Shown here: piece by piece, positions 11,181 to 23,110 of the stretch
Position numbering within the stretch: the stretch's first letter is position 1
Layout of the letters: each line of letters starts with the position of its first letter
DNA from: Catajapyx aquilonaris
Lineage: Eukaryota
Length of the DNA: 34,426 nucleotides
Direction of reading: 5' to 3'
Assembly (NCBI GenBank): GCA_000934665.2
Contig: JYFJ02004156.1
Location: forward strand, 1-34,426
Notes under the pieces: model-generated
Told to the model about the DNA's origin: nothing
Seen by the model: the letters and a program-made list of their open reading frames with translations, nothing else
Databases searched by the model: none
Position numbers and translations under genes: made by a program

Positions 11181-11604
11181 CAGGGTGTATCTGAACTCAG
11201 TGCCGCGACGTATATGACTGCCTTCCTAGCCACCATGTAGCCACTTATGTAGATGAGTCATTATGTCTGGGCAGCGTCATTACTGAGATACACTCATTAG
11301 CGATTTTTGCCTAATCGCTCCTTCTGACTTTTAAATAGAATTTTCTGGTGTAACTAGCCAAAGAGGCCTTACCACCTGTGGGCAACAAACCAACAAAGTC
11401 CCGCCCCCAGACCTTCCAGAGCCTTCTGACTGGGGGAGGGTTCGATGGGTGGCCTAACCGACAGGATATTTTGTACTACATGTTTGCGGCCAATTATCTC
11501 TGTAATGCGGCGGCCAGACATAATGACTCCTATACTTAAATCGATCCTCTGGTGGCTAGGAAGGAAGTCATATACGTCGGGGCACTGAGTTCAGATACAC
11601 CCTG
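11181..11604. mobile_element. Tc1/mariner-type MITE
   Basis: TA|CAGGGTGTATCTGAACTCAGTGCC...GGCACTGAGTTCAGATACACCCTG|TA; ~55-bp TIR plus an inner inverted block. Confidence 0.9.
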
Positions 11605-11803
11605 TATGCACTATGCAACAGAACTTGCACATTCTCTCAGGCCTTACTGGCCCATTTTTCACCATAGTATTATTTTAGTATCGCACCAGAAGCATTCCAA
11701 AAAATTTGAAAAGGATCAAAATTTTGGAAATTTACTTTGGTTATGTCAGCATAATTATGGCCATTCCCAGGTTATACTGTATAGTTGACACACTGCACTG
11801 TAT

Positions 11804-12253
11804 TATTTATTTATTTATTTTGTTTTACCCCGTGATATGCCTACATGGGCCCTGTTGGGGCTGGTACACCACCATCAATTTTCTTGTGTTATTTTTATTT
11901 CCTCCAGTGCAAGGGGACAGGATAGGGATAATGAGGGGGGGACACTGGTGCAGGTGCAATGTCTCAAGTTGGGGGTCGTGTGCAGTCCCTCAGGGGGCCC
12001 GTTCGCCAAGATGATCCCCTAGATGCGGGTCAGAAACCCCCACCGACACCGCACCTCCTCATGGACGGGACAAAGATAGGAAAGGAAGGAAGCGGCTGTG
12101 GCCTATTATTTAGGAAGCAACCCCTGAATTCTCCTGGGGTGACCGTGGGAAACCACAGAAAACCACCGTTAGGATTGCTGGCCCCAGGACTCGAAACCAG
12201 GACCTCCCGATTAGCAGTCGAACACCTTAACCACTTCACCAAACTGCTTCGGT
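11804..12253 (-). mobile_element. tRNA-derived SINE, family C (Lm1/Talua-like core)
   Basis: Minus strand shows A box TGGTGAAGTGG, B-box-like GTTTCGAGTCC and core GGTTTTCTGTGGTTTCCC...GGCCACAGCCGCTTCCTTCC. (TAAA)n tail. 14-bp TSD ACACTGCACTGTAT at 11790-11803 and 12254-12267. Confidence 0.9.
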
Positions 12254-12508
12254 ACACTGCACTGTATAAGGATAGTGATGAAAAGTATAGTTCAGCATTG
12301 TTCTCCCACCACCAGGCTATATATTTTTCATATGGGAAGACTACAGTTAGTAGGAATAGGTAAGGTTACATAAGCGTGGACATGTAATGTGGTTGCTAAA
12401 ACACGAAATGAGGGACGAAAATTAAAATCTACCCTGCCCCAATCACTATCCTTACAGTGATTCTGCTATATACCAGCATATGCCACTTAAAAAGTCAGGT
12501 TATTTTTA

Positions 12509-12812
12509 AAAAACCAAACAAACAAACAAACAAACCTGTGCTGGGCCTTATGGGGGAACCTTTTTACGAATCGCCCCGGTCCAAGGGCAGGGTGACTGGG
12601 AGGGGATGTGCAAAGTGCAAGTGCAATGTCTCAAACGGTACATTTTGTGAACTCCGCGGGTGGATTAGTTTGTCGGAGATTCCACCAGAGACGAAGCCAG
12701 AGACGACCCAACTCCTCACGAGATGAAGGGGGGGGAGACCCCAGGCGGGGATCGAACCTGGGACCCTTCCATCCTTGGGCGCATATGTTACAGCAGCGCC
12801 ACTCCGCCTCCC
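12509..12812 (-). mobile_element. tRNA-derived SINE, family B variant with (TTTG)n tail
   Basis: Reverse complement matches the head and body of the 6246 and 19381 copies; B box GGTTCGATCC; different 3' end. Confidence 0.85.
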
Positions 12813-12973
12813 TTAATACAGTATAATAATGTAGTTAATAGTAAAAGATTCTAGATGTGGGCTAGCATTGTCCAAGAGCAGCAGGCTGTCGATACATGCC
12901 TGTTTAGCCAAGTACAAATGAGTAGGCTACCTCAGTTGCAAAAACCTACAAATCCACTTTTCAAAAATATATA

Positions 12974-13270
12974 CAGGGTGGTCCAACTTCAAGTGTCGTT
13001 TTATAACGGCGATTAATAGCAGTGGTTTTGCGATGACGTAACAGCGACGTGTAAAATGTCCCACTTCGGCGCCATCGAAAATATTAGCTGCCAATAGCAG
13101 CACACATGTAATCAATCCTGTTGCTGGGTTGACCTGGAAAAAAGGAGGTGCACACATGACCTGCGATGCGCCTGGGTGAAATTGGTGACGCCCAAGGCAC
13201 CAGATGGACCATGGACCTGTAATGCAATGGGGAAGCCCGCAAACGAAACACAGCTAATATTTTCGATGGC
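12974..13270. mobile_element. Tc1/mariner-type left end with an internal 20-bp inverted repeat
   Basis: TA|CAGGGTGGTCCA start. GCCATCGAAAATATTAGCTG (13071-13090) is inverted at 13251-13270. No right TIR seen. Confidence 0.4.
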
Positions 13271-14189
13271 AACACATCCTGCATGAATTCCGTATGCAAA
13301 ATTTGGAAGTGCAGACTGCTGAGAACATCAGAGAAATTACTGCTTTGCTGGTTAAGAAGACACTGCATATGGAAGTTCTTCAAACCCAATAAGCTGCTAT
13401 GATGTGTAATTAATGATTACTAGTACTGAGTCAGGCCGTACTATTTTCTCTCATTCAGACCCATGTTCATGGGTAGCGGAGTCCACCAATTTATTGCACA
13501 GCTCTGGCACGTGGCAGCGTTGCCACGTATTCAACACAATGATTTCATGGGATTACATGCACATTCATTCCAATAATATTGTCCGTAATCATTGTATCAT
13601 ACATTGTCTAATTGGAATGCAAGACAGTATGATTGCCACATCTCATGAGCACATTCTGACTACAAATTAATTATGACTTGAAGATTTTTTTTACATATTT
13701 CCAATATGGAGGATTCTGAAGGGACAAGGTGATCATAATTTGCTGTGTGCTGTGATTCGAAGGTGATTGGCTGATTTTGGTAGCTGATACACGAAACTTG
13801 GTTCATGATTTGTGCATGATGTTGGTATGGGTGTTTTCCAGCTTAAGCTACCTTTTAAATTGTGATTGCCGTTGAGCCCCTTTGGTGAGAACTGAGGTTC
13901 ATAGATTTTGCTTGCCCATGATGGGATCAAGACACTGTCTATTTTGAATGTGTACTTTCTTAGTAGTAAATGCTGAATTTCTTAAAATAAAGGATAACTG
14001 CAAAATGCAATCAGCTGAAACAAGTACTTCAATAACCACTGGACATTATAACAAAGACAGGTTCTGATGATGTGTGCGTCGGCTGGAGAAAGAATCTGAC
14101 ACTGAGGAAGAAGATAACTTACAAGAGCAAACCAGGTTTATTCCAGACTAGTAAAGAGAAGCAGAAGCTGACTAGTCGTGAAATACTTT

Positions 14190-14560
14190 CATCTGATGAT
14201 AGGCCATACCCATGCAGTGATTGTGACGAGAGGATTGCCAAAATGAATGGGTTAAATGAACACCCTGTCCTGACCATCTTGATGTGAGAGGCTTTACTCA
14301 TGTGACATAATTAAGTGACAAGAAATTTGCTAGGAAGGATCACACAGAAAGTCACAATAGGACTCACACAAGAGAAAAGCCATTCCAGTGCCAAGTGTGC
14401 GAAAAAGGTTTTTCTTCCAGTTCTAGTTACTGCAGGCATGCTTGGCTTCACAAGGGATTGAAACCATTCCCTTGCACCAGTTGTGGCAAAAGATTTGCAT
14501 TTTCACCTGACTTGCAAAGACCTGATTCCTCATTTGATAAAGGCGAAAAACGATGGAAAG
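14190..14560 (+). pseudogene. Decayed C2H2 zinc-finger exon
   Basis: DRPYPCSDC..., KKFARKDHTESHNRTHTREKPFQCQVC...HAWLH, LKPFPCTSCGKRF. Frameshifts, stops and lost His ligands; cut off by a SINE. Confidence 0.8.
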
Positions 14561-14576
14561 AAGCCCTCCTTACGTC

Positions 14577-14873
14577 ACGTATGCGCCCACGGATGTTAAG
14601 GTTCGATCCCAGCCCGGGGACACCCCCTTCATCTCGTGCAGAGTTCAGGGTAACCTCTGGCTTCGTCTCGGGTGGTATTTCCAACAGACTAAACCACCCG
14701 GGGGAGTTCACTAAAATGGCCACGTTTAAGACATTTCATTGCACCTTGCACATACCCTCCTGTCATCCTGCCCGTGGGCCCGGGCATTTCAAAAATATGG
14801 TCTATGTACTACAAGTTACAATAAAGGTCTGTGATGCATACCCTATATAGGGTCAGGCACTACACAAGAATTA

Positions 14874-14935
<62 letters not shown>
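14577..14935 (+). mobile_element. SINE family B, 5'-truncated, long (TTA)n tail
   Basis: Homologous to the 19381 copy from ACGTATGCGCCCACGG onward; (TTA)n at ~14875-14935. Confidence 0.87.
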
Positions 14936-14937
<2 letters not shown>

Positions 14938-15842
14938 CAGGGTGATCCAACTCTGTGGCACCAGTGGTTGGAAAAATCGCGCAAGCTGCTTGTTTATAAG
15001 CAGGTCGTTGCTAAGAGATGCTTTCTGGCTCTTTCTGGAGAATCGGGAATAGCACCTGCTGATATTAGGTCTAATGCCCATGTAACAATATTAATGAGGG
15101 AAAAAAGGGTCATCCGTGGGAAACAGGCTGTTCTGGTGTTCGCTGGAGGGTCTCACATGAGGTCACTAGCTGCCAAACCACAGGCCCAATCCGTCGGAAC
15201 TGGACAGACCCGGGTGTGTCAATAAATAGGCCTTCTGGTCTGTTCATTGTTGGCCGCAGTTGGCGCAACCGAGACAGGTCAACAGGCAGCGTTGTTACCA
15301 GTAAATAAATAGTTCTTGTAGAGTCAGGACCAGGACATGCCTTACTCAGGGGGCCTGTTTGAGGGCCGCCCAAAAGCTTCTAGAGTTCTAACAGTACAGT
15401 CTGCATTGGGCATTCTCTCATTAATTGGTACATGTATGGGCATTGGACCTAATCTCAGCAGGTGCTAAGACTGGTAACTAAACAACGCTGCCTGTTGACC
15501 TGTCTTGGTTGCGCCAACTGCGGCCAACAATGAACAGACCAGAAGGCCTATTTATTGACACACCCGGGTCTGTCCAGTTCCGACGGATTGGGCCTGTGGT
15601 TTGGCAGCTAGTGACCTCATGTGAGACCGTCCAGCGAACACCAGAACAGCCTGTTTCCCACGGATGACCCTTTTTTCCCTCATTAATATTGTTACATTGG
15701 CATTAGACCTAATATCAGCAGGTGCTATTCCCGATTCTCCAGAAAGAGCCAGAAAGCATCTCTTAGCAACGACCTGCTTATAAACAAGCAGCTTGCGCGA
15801 TTTTTCCAATAACCACTGGTGCCACAGAGTTGGATCACCCTG
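14938..15842. mobile_element. Young Tc1/mariner-type non-autonomous element with ~365-bp near-identical TIRs
   Basis: TA|CAGGGTGATCCAACTC...GAGTTGGATCACCCTG|TA. The two 85-aa mirror ORFs in the arms differ at only 2 residues. Confidence 0.93.
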
Positions 15843-16089
15843 TATAAATAGTTAGGAAAGCCACGACAAGACTCTTCTCCCTATGTTTTTTGTACGCTTT
15901 GTGGCATACACTGATTTGAAAACATTATTCGCACCGAAGGAATACCGGCGACAAAACAAACCAACAGTTGATTGACTGATCTTCAAAGGAAGCACGCTGT
16001 CTCTCACATGATCTGACATGGGGCACAGTCTACGTATAACTTAAAAAGTTAATAGCCAAACTATATGCAATGATCAAAGTAACAACTTA

Positions 16090-16095
16090 TTTATT
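16090..16095 (-). promoter_or_regulatory. Candidate polyadenylation signal of the LRR gene
   Basis: AATAAA on the minus strand ~155 bp after the stop codon. Confidence 0.5.
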
Positions 16096-16250
16096 GCTGT
16101 AACTGAGATATTTACAAATCATATTTCCGATATGCTATCAGGTGTTTCCAACAACACAGTTCAAACTTGTCAGAAGCCTTGTAACATGTCAAACGTGATC
16201 CTAGCAGTTGCGGCTGAGGAATTTCTCTTATCAGTGATTTAATCTTCATT

Positions 16251-17749
16251 TCAAAGGACACTGAGTTCGATGAGACACTTTCCTTTCATTCCAGAGTACT
16301 CGGCGAACTTCTCCACAACCACTTCTTCGTCTTCCATGAGACCACAAAATTCTATGCTGAGGACCCGTAATTCATCTCCTATGAACTGATTTATGATAGG
16401 CAGAATTGCGAGGGTGAACTCCGAGCTGGTCAGGGTCATCTTCTGCATTCGCTCCATTTTGTTGTAATGCAGAATCGACTGGAAGGTTGCGTCGTCTAGA
16501 GTACCCACCATGTCCAGATTTAAGGATGCTAAATCGTAGCAAAATGACATTAGATAGTGCAGATGATCAGCGTCTAGGGAGTTGGTCCAATCGCAAATGT
16601 CTAAGATCTTGAGAGCCCGAAAGGGAGTGTCCTTCATCCCCAGTTGCATCATTGGGTTACGTCCCACTAATCGGCAACTGATCAGATCCAACCAGAGAAG
16701 GTTTGGGAACACCTTCCACACTTTCTCCAAGTCGACCTCTGAGCAGGACTCAAGGCTGAGAGTCTCCATATGAGGAAGATAGAAGTTGTTGGGACTCAAA
16801 GCCTCTTCCACATTCTCGATGCCTTCAAGCCTTATGGACGTGAGGCGAGTCAGGAGGGGATCCATATCTAACACCTGCTGGGGTGTGGAGGCTGTCAGGA
16901 GGAGCGTCTTAAGATGAAGCAAGTTGTTGAGTTGAGTGAGGGGATGGTCTGGCATTTTGATGCTCAGGTATTCCACCATAGGAAAATGGTTTACCAATCT
17001 CTCTAGTAGGCTAGGCTCAGCCAAACAGGTGTCGAGCTTCCTTACGGAGTATCTGTTCCTGCAACTCACCAGGACCTGCTCAAACAATTTGTCTGGGAGC
17101 CTCATGGACTCCAGCTGGGGAACTGTGTCGAGGACAAATATGACGTCTTCCGCTTGCGTGACCTGGTCCTGGAAATTCACGTGGACCCGAGTGAGGTTTG
17201 TAAACGTCCCTAGGAATACAGTCTGTTCCCCTGATAGTCCCCAAGGGAATTTGAGTGCCTTCAGTTGAGGGCAGCATTGATTGAGGATCGACAAAAAGTC
17301 ATGGTCTTGGTCATCACTAGCCACATAGGTGGGAATCCACAGAGTTTTGAGGTTTACGAGGAAAAGCAGGTTTTCCCTAAAGAGACGGGTCAGCTCTACA
17401 CTCGAGACAGCGATGTAGAGGTGTTCTACTTCCTTCATGACGATGATGTTCTTCAGGACTTCCCTGACCATTAGTACACTAATATTCCAAGCTCTACCAA
17501 GGTGCAGGTGTTTGCACTTGGGGTGAAATATTCCGTCCATGCTGAAATATTGCGAGGGATGACTGCCAATGACAGCTGGCGCTTGAACAATTAATGACTT
17601 GGTGTACATGTCCGCGAAGTGAGCTGGGATATCATTTACCCAATTCTGAAGTTGCCACTTCCATGTTGCAATTAGGGTACAGGCGTGTCTCACCAGACGG
17701 TCAAGCTTGATTAAGCTGAGATATCCTAATGGTCTCGGTAGTGTGTTTC
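16251..17749 (-). CDS. BC-box/LRR protein, coding exon 2 (about 14 LxxLxL repeats)
   Basis: Uninterrupted frame with repeats such as LVNLKTLWI, CPQLKALKF, LPHMETLSLESC and FPNLLWLDLISC; acceptor TTTTGTCTGCAG. Confidence 0.9.
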
Positions 17750-17811
17750 CTGCAGACAAAATGCGATTGCTCAGTAGTATTACACCTTCGTCACAGTGGC
17801 ATCATCCTTAC

Positions 17812-18037
17812 CCCATCGCTCCTCTGCCGCCTGTTGACCAATGTTAGAGACAAGACGGCCGTACTGCTGCATCTGCCACACGTACATGCGAGCAGCATGT
17901 GGAATGGGTGTATCCTGCAGGAGTTCTGACCAATGATCCATCCACAAGTTGATCATAACGCATTGATCCAAGACAACACGGGCAATCTTACTGATGCACA
18001 TCTCCTCCAGAGTGCTTGGCTGGAACCTTGGGGGCAT
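17812..18037 (-). CDS. BC-box/LRR protein, coding exon 1 (MPPRFQPSTLEEMCISKI...)
   Basis: ATG at 18037. Donor G|GTAAGG opens a 62-bp phase-1 intron (17811-17750) that restores frame and gives 574 aa. TLxxxCxxxI matches the Elongin BC-box consensus. Confidence 0.85.
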
Positions 18038-18041
18038 CGTG

Positions 18042-18504
18042 CTACAAGAAGGATGAGAAGCCTTAAGGTGGTTTCAAAGCAAATGGCATAAGATAGTGTG
18101 AGTAACTCACACTATCTTATACCATTTAGTTGTTCTCACCTTCTTTGGGCAATCTACACCTCCTGGAATTTCATCAACCTGATTCAAAGACCAGAATATC
18201 TTCGAGTGCCTTTGATAGCTGTAGTCGAGGAACAGACGTACGAGTAATTGCCGCACAGCAAGAGAAGTCTGCTGCAATGCGTCTATTGCTCCATGAAAAC
18301 TCCGTTTGACTAGCAACTATATAAACAATGGGTCCAAACAGACAGTAGTAGCCAATCTCAGTAGCGTAGCCAAGGGCTACTTATGATGTATTTGCATGCA
18401 GATTGCCAACAAATTATCGTGCATGGCGCTGATATGGATGATGTGCAGCTAAACAGATTGGACCCTCACGGGCATCGTCCTACAAGAAGGAAGAGAAGCC
18501 TGAA
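18042..18504 (-). pseudogene. Degenerate paralogous first exon plus intron of the LRR family (tandem unit 1)
   Basis: Same acceptor CTTCTC(A/T)TCCTTCTTGTAG followed by xACG ATG CCC. Translates MPVRVQSV*LHIIHISAMHDNLLAICMQI. Donor AAG|GTGAGA at 18139. Confidence 0.65.
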
Positions 18505-19378
18505 CCCTTAACTTGCAACGTGGGGTCCTTTTCGGACCCCAGGGTATACTTATGTCACCACCCTGAAGCATGTTTTTGTCAAAATGATAAGTCCCACACC
18601 TATATTCCTGAAATATACTATTTGACAGCTGAAAAAAAATTATGCGCGACGAAAAAAAATTCTAAAGGGTGTTGGGTCATTCCATGTCAATTCAGTAAAT
18701 TTTCAGAAAATTTGCGGTTCGATCCCTTTCGATTTTGTTTAAAGTGTGTAGCCATGCAGGAGTTAATGCCAAATCCAAAATTGTACAATCCTGGAGTTAT
18801 ATTCCACCGAGATGACAATCTCAACAATGTACACACACCGCCACAATTATATTCCATTGTTAAACCATTACATTGTATACCTACATGATATATATCAAAT
18901 GAAAGGTAATGAACAGGAGAATGTTCTGGTGAAATAAACTTTGATCGAATATTTTATTTTAAATTATTTAAAAAATAAAACGCACCATCTCAATTTACTC
19001 TATATTTCGGATGGCCGTAAATCCCCCCAATATTTGTGCAATCTGCTTTAAATTTGGGCAGTAGCACTTATGGGAGGATATACATCTGTCTGTAAAATAT
19101 GTTCGTTCTAGGTGAAATGGTCTTGAAATAAAAAAAATCTGAATATTAGAAAATTCACAAATTCGACAATTTCATCAATTTATTTCTCTATGTGGAGCTG
19201 AACCGATCGATATCAACAGATGCGCAAGCTCAAGAGCGTTCTAGTCATATCACTAGAATGCTCCTGATCTTGCGCATCTGTTGATATATAAAACGCCGAA
19301 ATCTGATGATCCCCACATAAAGAAAAATTGATGAAATATGATATGATGATGATGATAATGCTTATATGCACATATGCA

Positions 19379-19709
19379 TAGGGAAGCGGAGTGGTGCTGC
19401 GGTAACGTATGCGCCCACGGATGTTAAGGTCCCGGGTTCGATCCCAACCCGGGGACACCCCCTTCATCTCGTGCAGAGTTCATGAGTCGCCTCTGGCTTC
19501 GTCTCGGGTGGAATTTCCTTAGACTAATCCACTCGGGGGAGCTCACAAAACGACCACATTTCAGACAAGGCACTGCACTTGCACATCCCCTCCTGTCATC
19601 CTGACCGGACCCGGGCGCTTCAATAATAGGATTCCCAAAGTTGTACCAATGTTAAAATAAAGGTCTGGATGAAAACCCCTAGGGGTACGCATATCACCCA
19701 ATTATTATA

Positions 19710-19780
<71 letters not shown>
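19379..19780 (+). mobile_element. SINE family B, full length, (TTA)n tail
   Basis: A-box-like TGGTGCTGCGG and B box GGTTCGATCC; 17-bp TSD TTATATGC(A/C)CATATGCA at 19362-19378 and 19781-19797. Confidence 0.92.
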
Positions 19781-19786
<6 letters not shown>

Positions 19787-20040
19787 GCCCATATGCAAAA
19801 ACTCTTTACTTCGGATATTCGCAACCCACCTTGTTTCTGGTACATTCTTGACATTCGGATAAGAGAATCTTATTCAAGGTTCATTTCCCATGGACAGTTG
19901 ATGTGATAGGTCAAGCAGTCTTGGAAATAATACATTCCGAATGTTACAAATGTCGAAACTTGTCGAATTTCGAGGCAATTTTCTCGATGTGAGACTGGAC
20001 TGATGATGACATTTGACATGCCAATACCTCAGAATATTGT

Positions 20041-23000
20041 ATTAATAATAAATAATAAACTTAAATAATAATAAGTGGCCTAAGTCAGTAAGTAGCCTAA
20101 GTAGCAAGTAAGTAAATATTTATTACCTGCTCGGGCCAAGCCCATTTGCAGGGGGCAGCACCCCTATTACAATATCAATGTAGCCAATGTCACATGAATT
20201 TTATAAGTAGCAACAACAAAAACAAGGTGGCAATAATGTCAGCACTGTAAACGGATAAATTGTGTAGGGGGAATACATGTGTATAAAGCAATTATAAGTC
20301 GCGTCAAAAGCTAGTGTACAGTGAACCTGACAAAATAAAGAGCTTCACAAAATACTGTCTGCATGGAGTAGGAGTTTGGACGCATGGACAAAAAAAAAAA
20401 ATAATACAGTTGGAAAAGAGCTAGTTCAGGGATGCCATGAAGTCTGTGCATCTTATCTGGGGGGGACTTTAGGCCTGTTGAAAAGGTGTTTGCTTCTGGC
20501 AGTTTTGAAAAATGGGCATGAATATAAAATATGATGGAGATTAAGGCGATCGGGGGGATAACATATTGAGCAGTCTTCTTTAGGATCAATTGGGAACTTA
20601 TATCCTTGCACCAATAAATAAAGTGATTCATTTCGCAAATTATAGTCTAGTAATTTGAATCGGTAGGTTATACAGGAAATAGGTTTTTCGTTGGGGTGAA
20701 TTTTTCACCTCAGCGTAGTTGCTGTACCTAGTGGACTCTGCCAGATCTGTGTAATCTTTCTGTATAGTGCTATCTATAAATTGCGTCAAAAGACCGTTAG
20801 CTACAAAGATTGAAGCATGAAGGGTCATCTGTCCAGTTATTCCATGAGGTCCCAAACCCCGCAAGAAGCTGCTCGACTTTGTTTAGCTAATTCACCTTGG
20901 TTCGCGATCTATTATTGGCCATGTAAAGGAAGCATTGTTTAGGCAGATTCTCTGGTTCCATCGTCGATAGCCGGATCAACCATTTAAGCTACAATTTAAA
21001 CACGTTTACAGAAAGTGGTTTGCATCCAGTTTCTAGCCGAATAAAGCAGTTAGCTGAATTGTAAGGGAGAGACAGAAATTTCTTTATAAAAAATAATTGC
21101 AGCCTCTCAATATCCTGTAGATTGTCTAAACCCCAGAAATGGGCGTTGTATAGCATAATCGGAGCTATTTGGGCAGTAAACAATTTTAATGCGACCGAGA
21201 GACGACGGACTTTTAGACTAACTAACGTAGGCCATAAGGCAAAAATAGCTGATTTGCTTTTCTCCAGGAGATGGTCAGCCGCCCTACGGAATTTGCCTGC
21301 AGAAGATAAAATGACACCGAGGTATTTGTACGAAGTTACGATATCTATAGGACTATCTTCCCAGTAGAATGACGTAGATGCAGGCAAAATACCTCCCGAC
21401 CTAAATACTATTACCTTCGTTTTCGTTAAATTGACTGATAATCGGGACTTCGATAAGTAGGTGACCAGGACATTTATTAAACGCTGTAGATAGATGGCAT
21501 TCGAGGCCATAATTACGATGTCATCAGCAAATTGTAAAAAATGCACATCTTCTCTATTAGGTCCAAGATTCACCCCAGGAACTCCCGTATCTACAAATGC
21601 CAATTTTAAGTCAGCCATAAAAATATTAAACAAGGTCGGTGACATAACATCTCCTTGGAGCACTCCTTTTGAAGCCGGGATCTGGGTTGTAGCAGAATCA
21701 GAAACTATTGTAGCATGACGGCAAATTTGTTGAATTAGCCTTAAAATTTTTCCCTTAATCCCGCATGCAGCCAACTTACTTCAAAGAATCTCATGATGTA
21801 CATTGTCGAACGCCTTGGACAGATCAACAAAAAGAGTAAACAACTTGCCCTTGGTTGGGGTTATGTATTTTTGAATAAATGTTAATAGCGAGAATAATTA
21901 TATTATGATCTGTACAGCATCTACCCGGTCGGAAACCCGCCTGTTCTTCTGGTATAAGTTCATGCAGCAAGGTCCACTTATTTATCCGCAGGGTGAGCAA
22001 TTTAGTTAACACTTTCAGGACAGTTATTGAGTAAAGCGATCGGTGTGTAGTTTGCCGGATTTGTTGGGTCCCCTCCTTTAGAGATCGGAATGATCTTAAT
22101 CTGCGCCCATAGGGTTCAGAATGTCTGAATAATCGTATATTATTCAACGCCTTGTTATACATCTGGAGCAAAGCTAATCGAATCTGAGTAGCAGGTATAT
22201 TTAATATTTGGTTTGATATATTATCATTACCCGATGCGGAACGCATGTTTAAAGATTTCAGAACGTTACAAAGCTCGGCAGATGTGAATTGATCCTCTAA
22301 TATCGAGAACTGCATTCCATCTAATACCGTTAGAAGCAAGGCATTATCTGAGTGTTGATAAAAGGTCGCCAAATATCCCATCCAGGCCGTTGGGTCCAAT
22401 TGGTGCCTAATATGAGGGTTCGATTTTTTAAATGAGGTTCCAGAAATCAGAGGAGTTGGGAGCCGTTAATAATTTATGGATCGTATAGCTGCATAGTAAA
22501 TTTTCTTTTTCGCGGAGACGAAGTTTTTATGTAGTTTTGCCTTCTTGAGATAAGATTCCCGGTTTAGAAGGGTGGGGGCTCTTTGCCATTTCGTCAGGCT
22601 GAGTTTCAGTTCTTCTTTTGATACCTTCAGTTGATCGTCGAACCAAGGTTTATGATATCGTCTCTTATACTGAGTAGAAATTTGGCGATATATACCCTCT
22701 TCGCGCAGTAAATCCAAAATATTAGTTGTGAATAGAGTCGCCGCATCGAGATCAGCCATCGGCTCTTTAGGGGGAAAGTTTGTTTTGCCTGGAACTCATT
22801 GCTTTTCATTTTACTGTGCTCTTTGGGATAGGATAGGGACGGAAGGAAGCGGCTGTGGCCTATTAATTACGGAAGCAACCCCCGAATTTTCCTGGAAGGA
22901 TGGGGGAAATCACAGAAAACCACGGTCAGACTTGCTTGCCCCGGGATTTGGTCCCATAGGACCTCCCGATTAGCAGTCGGACACCATAACCCCTCCTCCA

Positions 23001-23110
23001 AACTGCTTCGGTTATGCTTCGGTTGTATTACTAATAGACTCACCATGATATTACTGGTCTTTATGTCAGAGTGCACTCTGAAGCTCATAACGAGGCATTC
23101 TCTTCGTAGT
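20041..23110 (-). mobile_element. 5'-truncated, frameshifted LINE (RT with a C-terminal CCHC; RTE-X-like)
   Basis: Collinear pieces KPWFD, SASGNDNI, EEQAGFR, GVLQGDVMSPTLF, QFADD, YKYLG, IRLETG and CSIC...HILYSC; TTA-rich 3' tail. Clade call tentative. Confidence 0.92.
22826..23011 (-). mobile_element. SINE family C, 5' half only, inside the LINE
   Basis: Homologous to 12070-12253; lacks the 3' domain and tail; no TSD seen. Confidence 0.82.

Noticed and set aside
14831..15081. Poly-Leu/poly-Asn ORFs (also poly-Ile at 19669-19851)
   Set aside because: Translations of (TTA)n SINE tails.
14968..15809. Two near-identical 85-aa ORFs on opposite strands
   Set aside because: Mirror images within the TIRs, with TTG starts and no recognisable domain.
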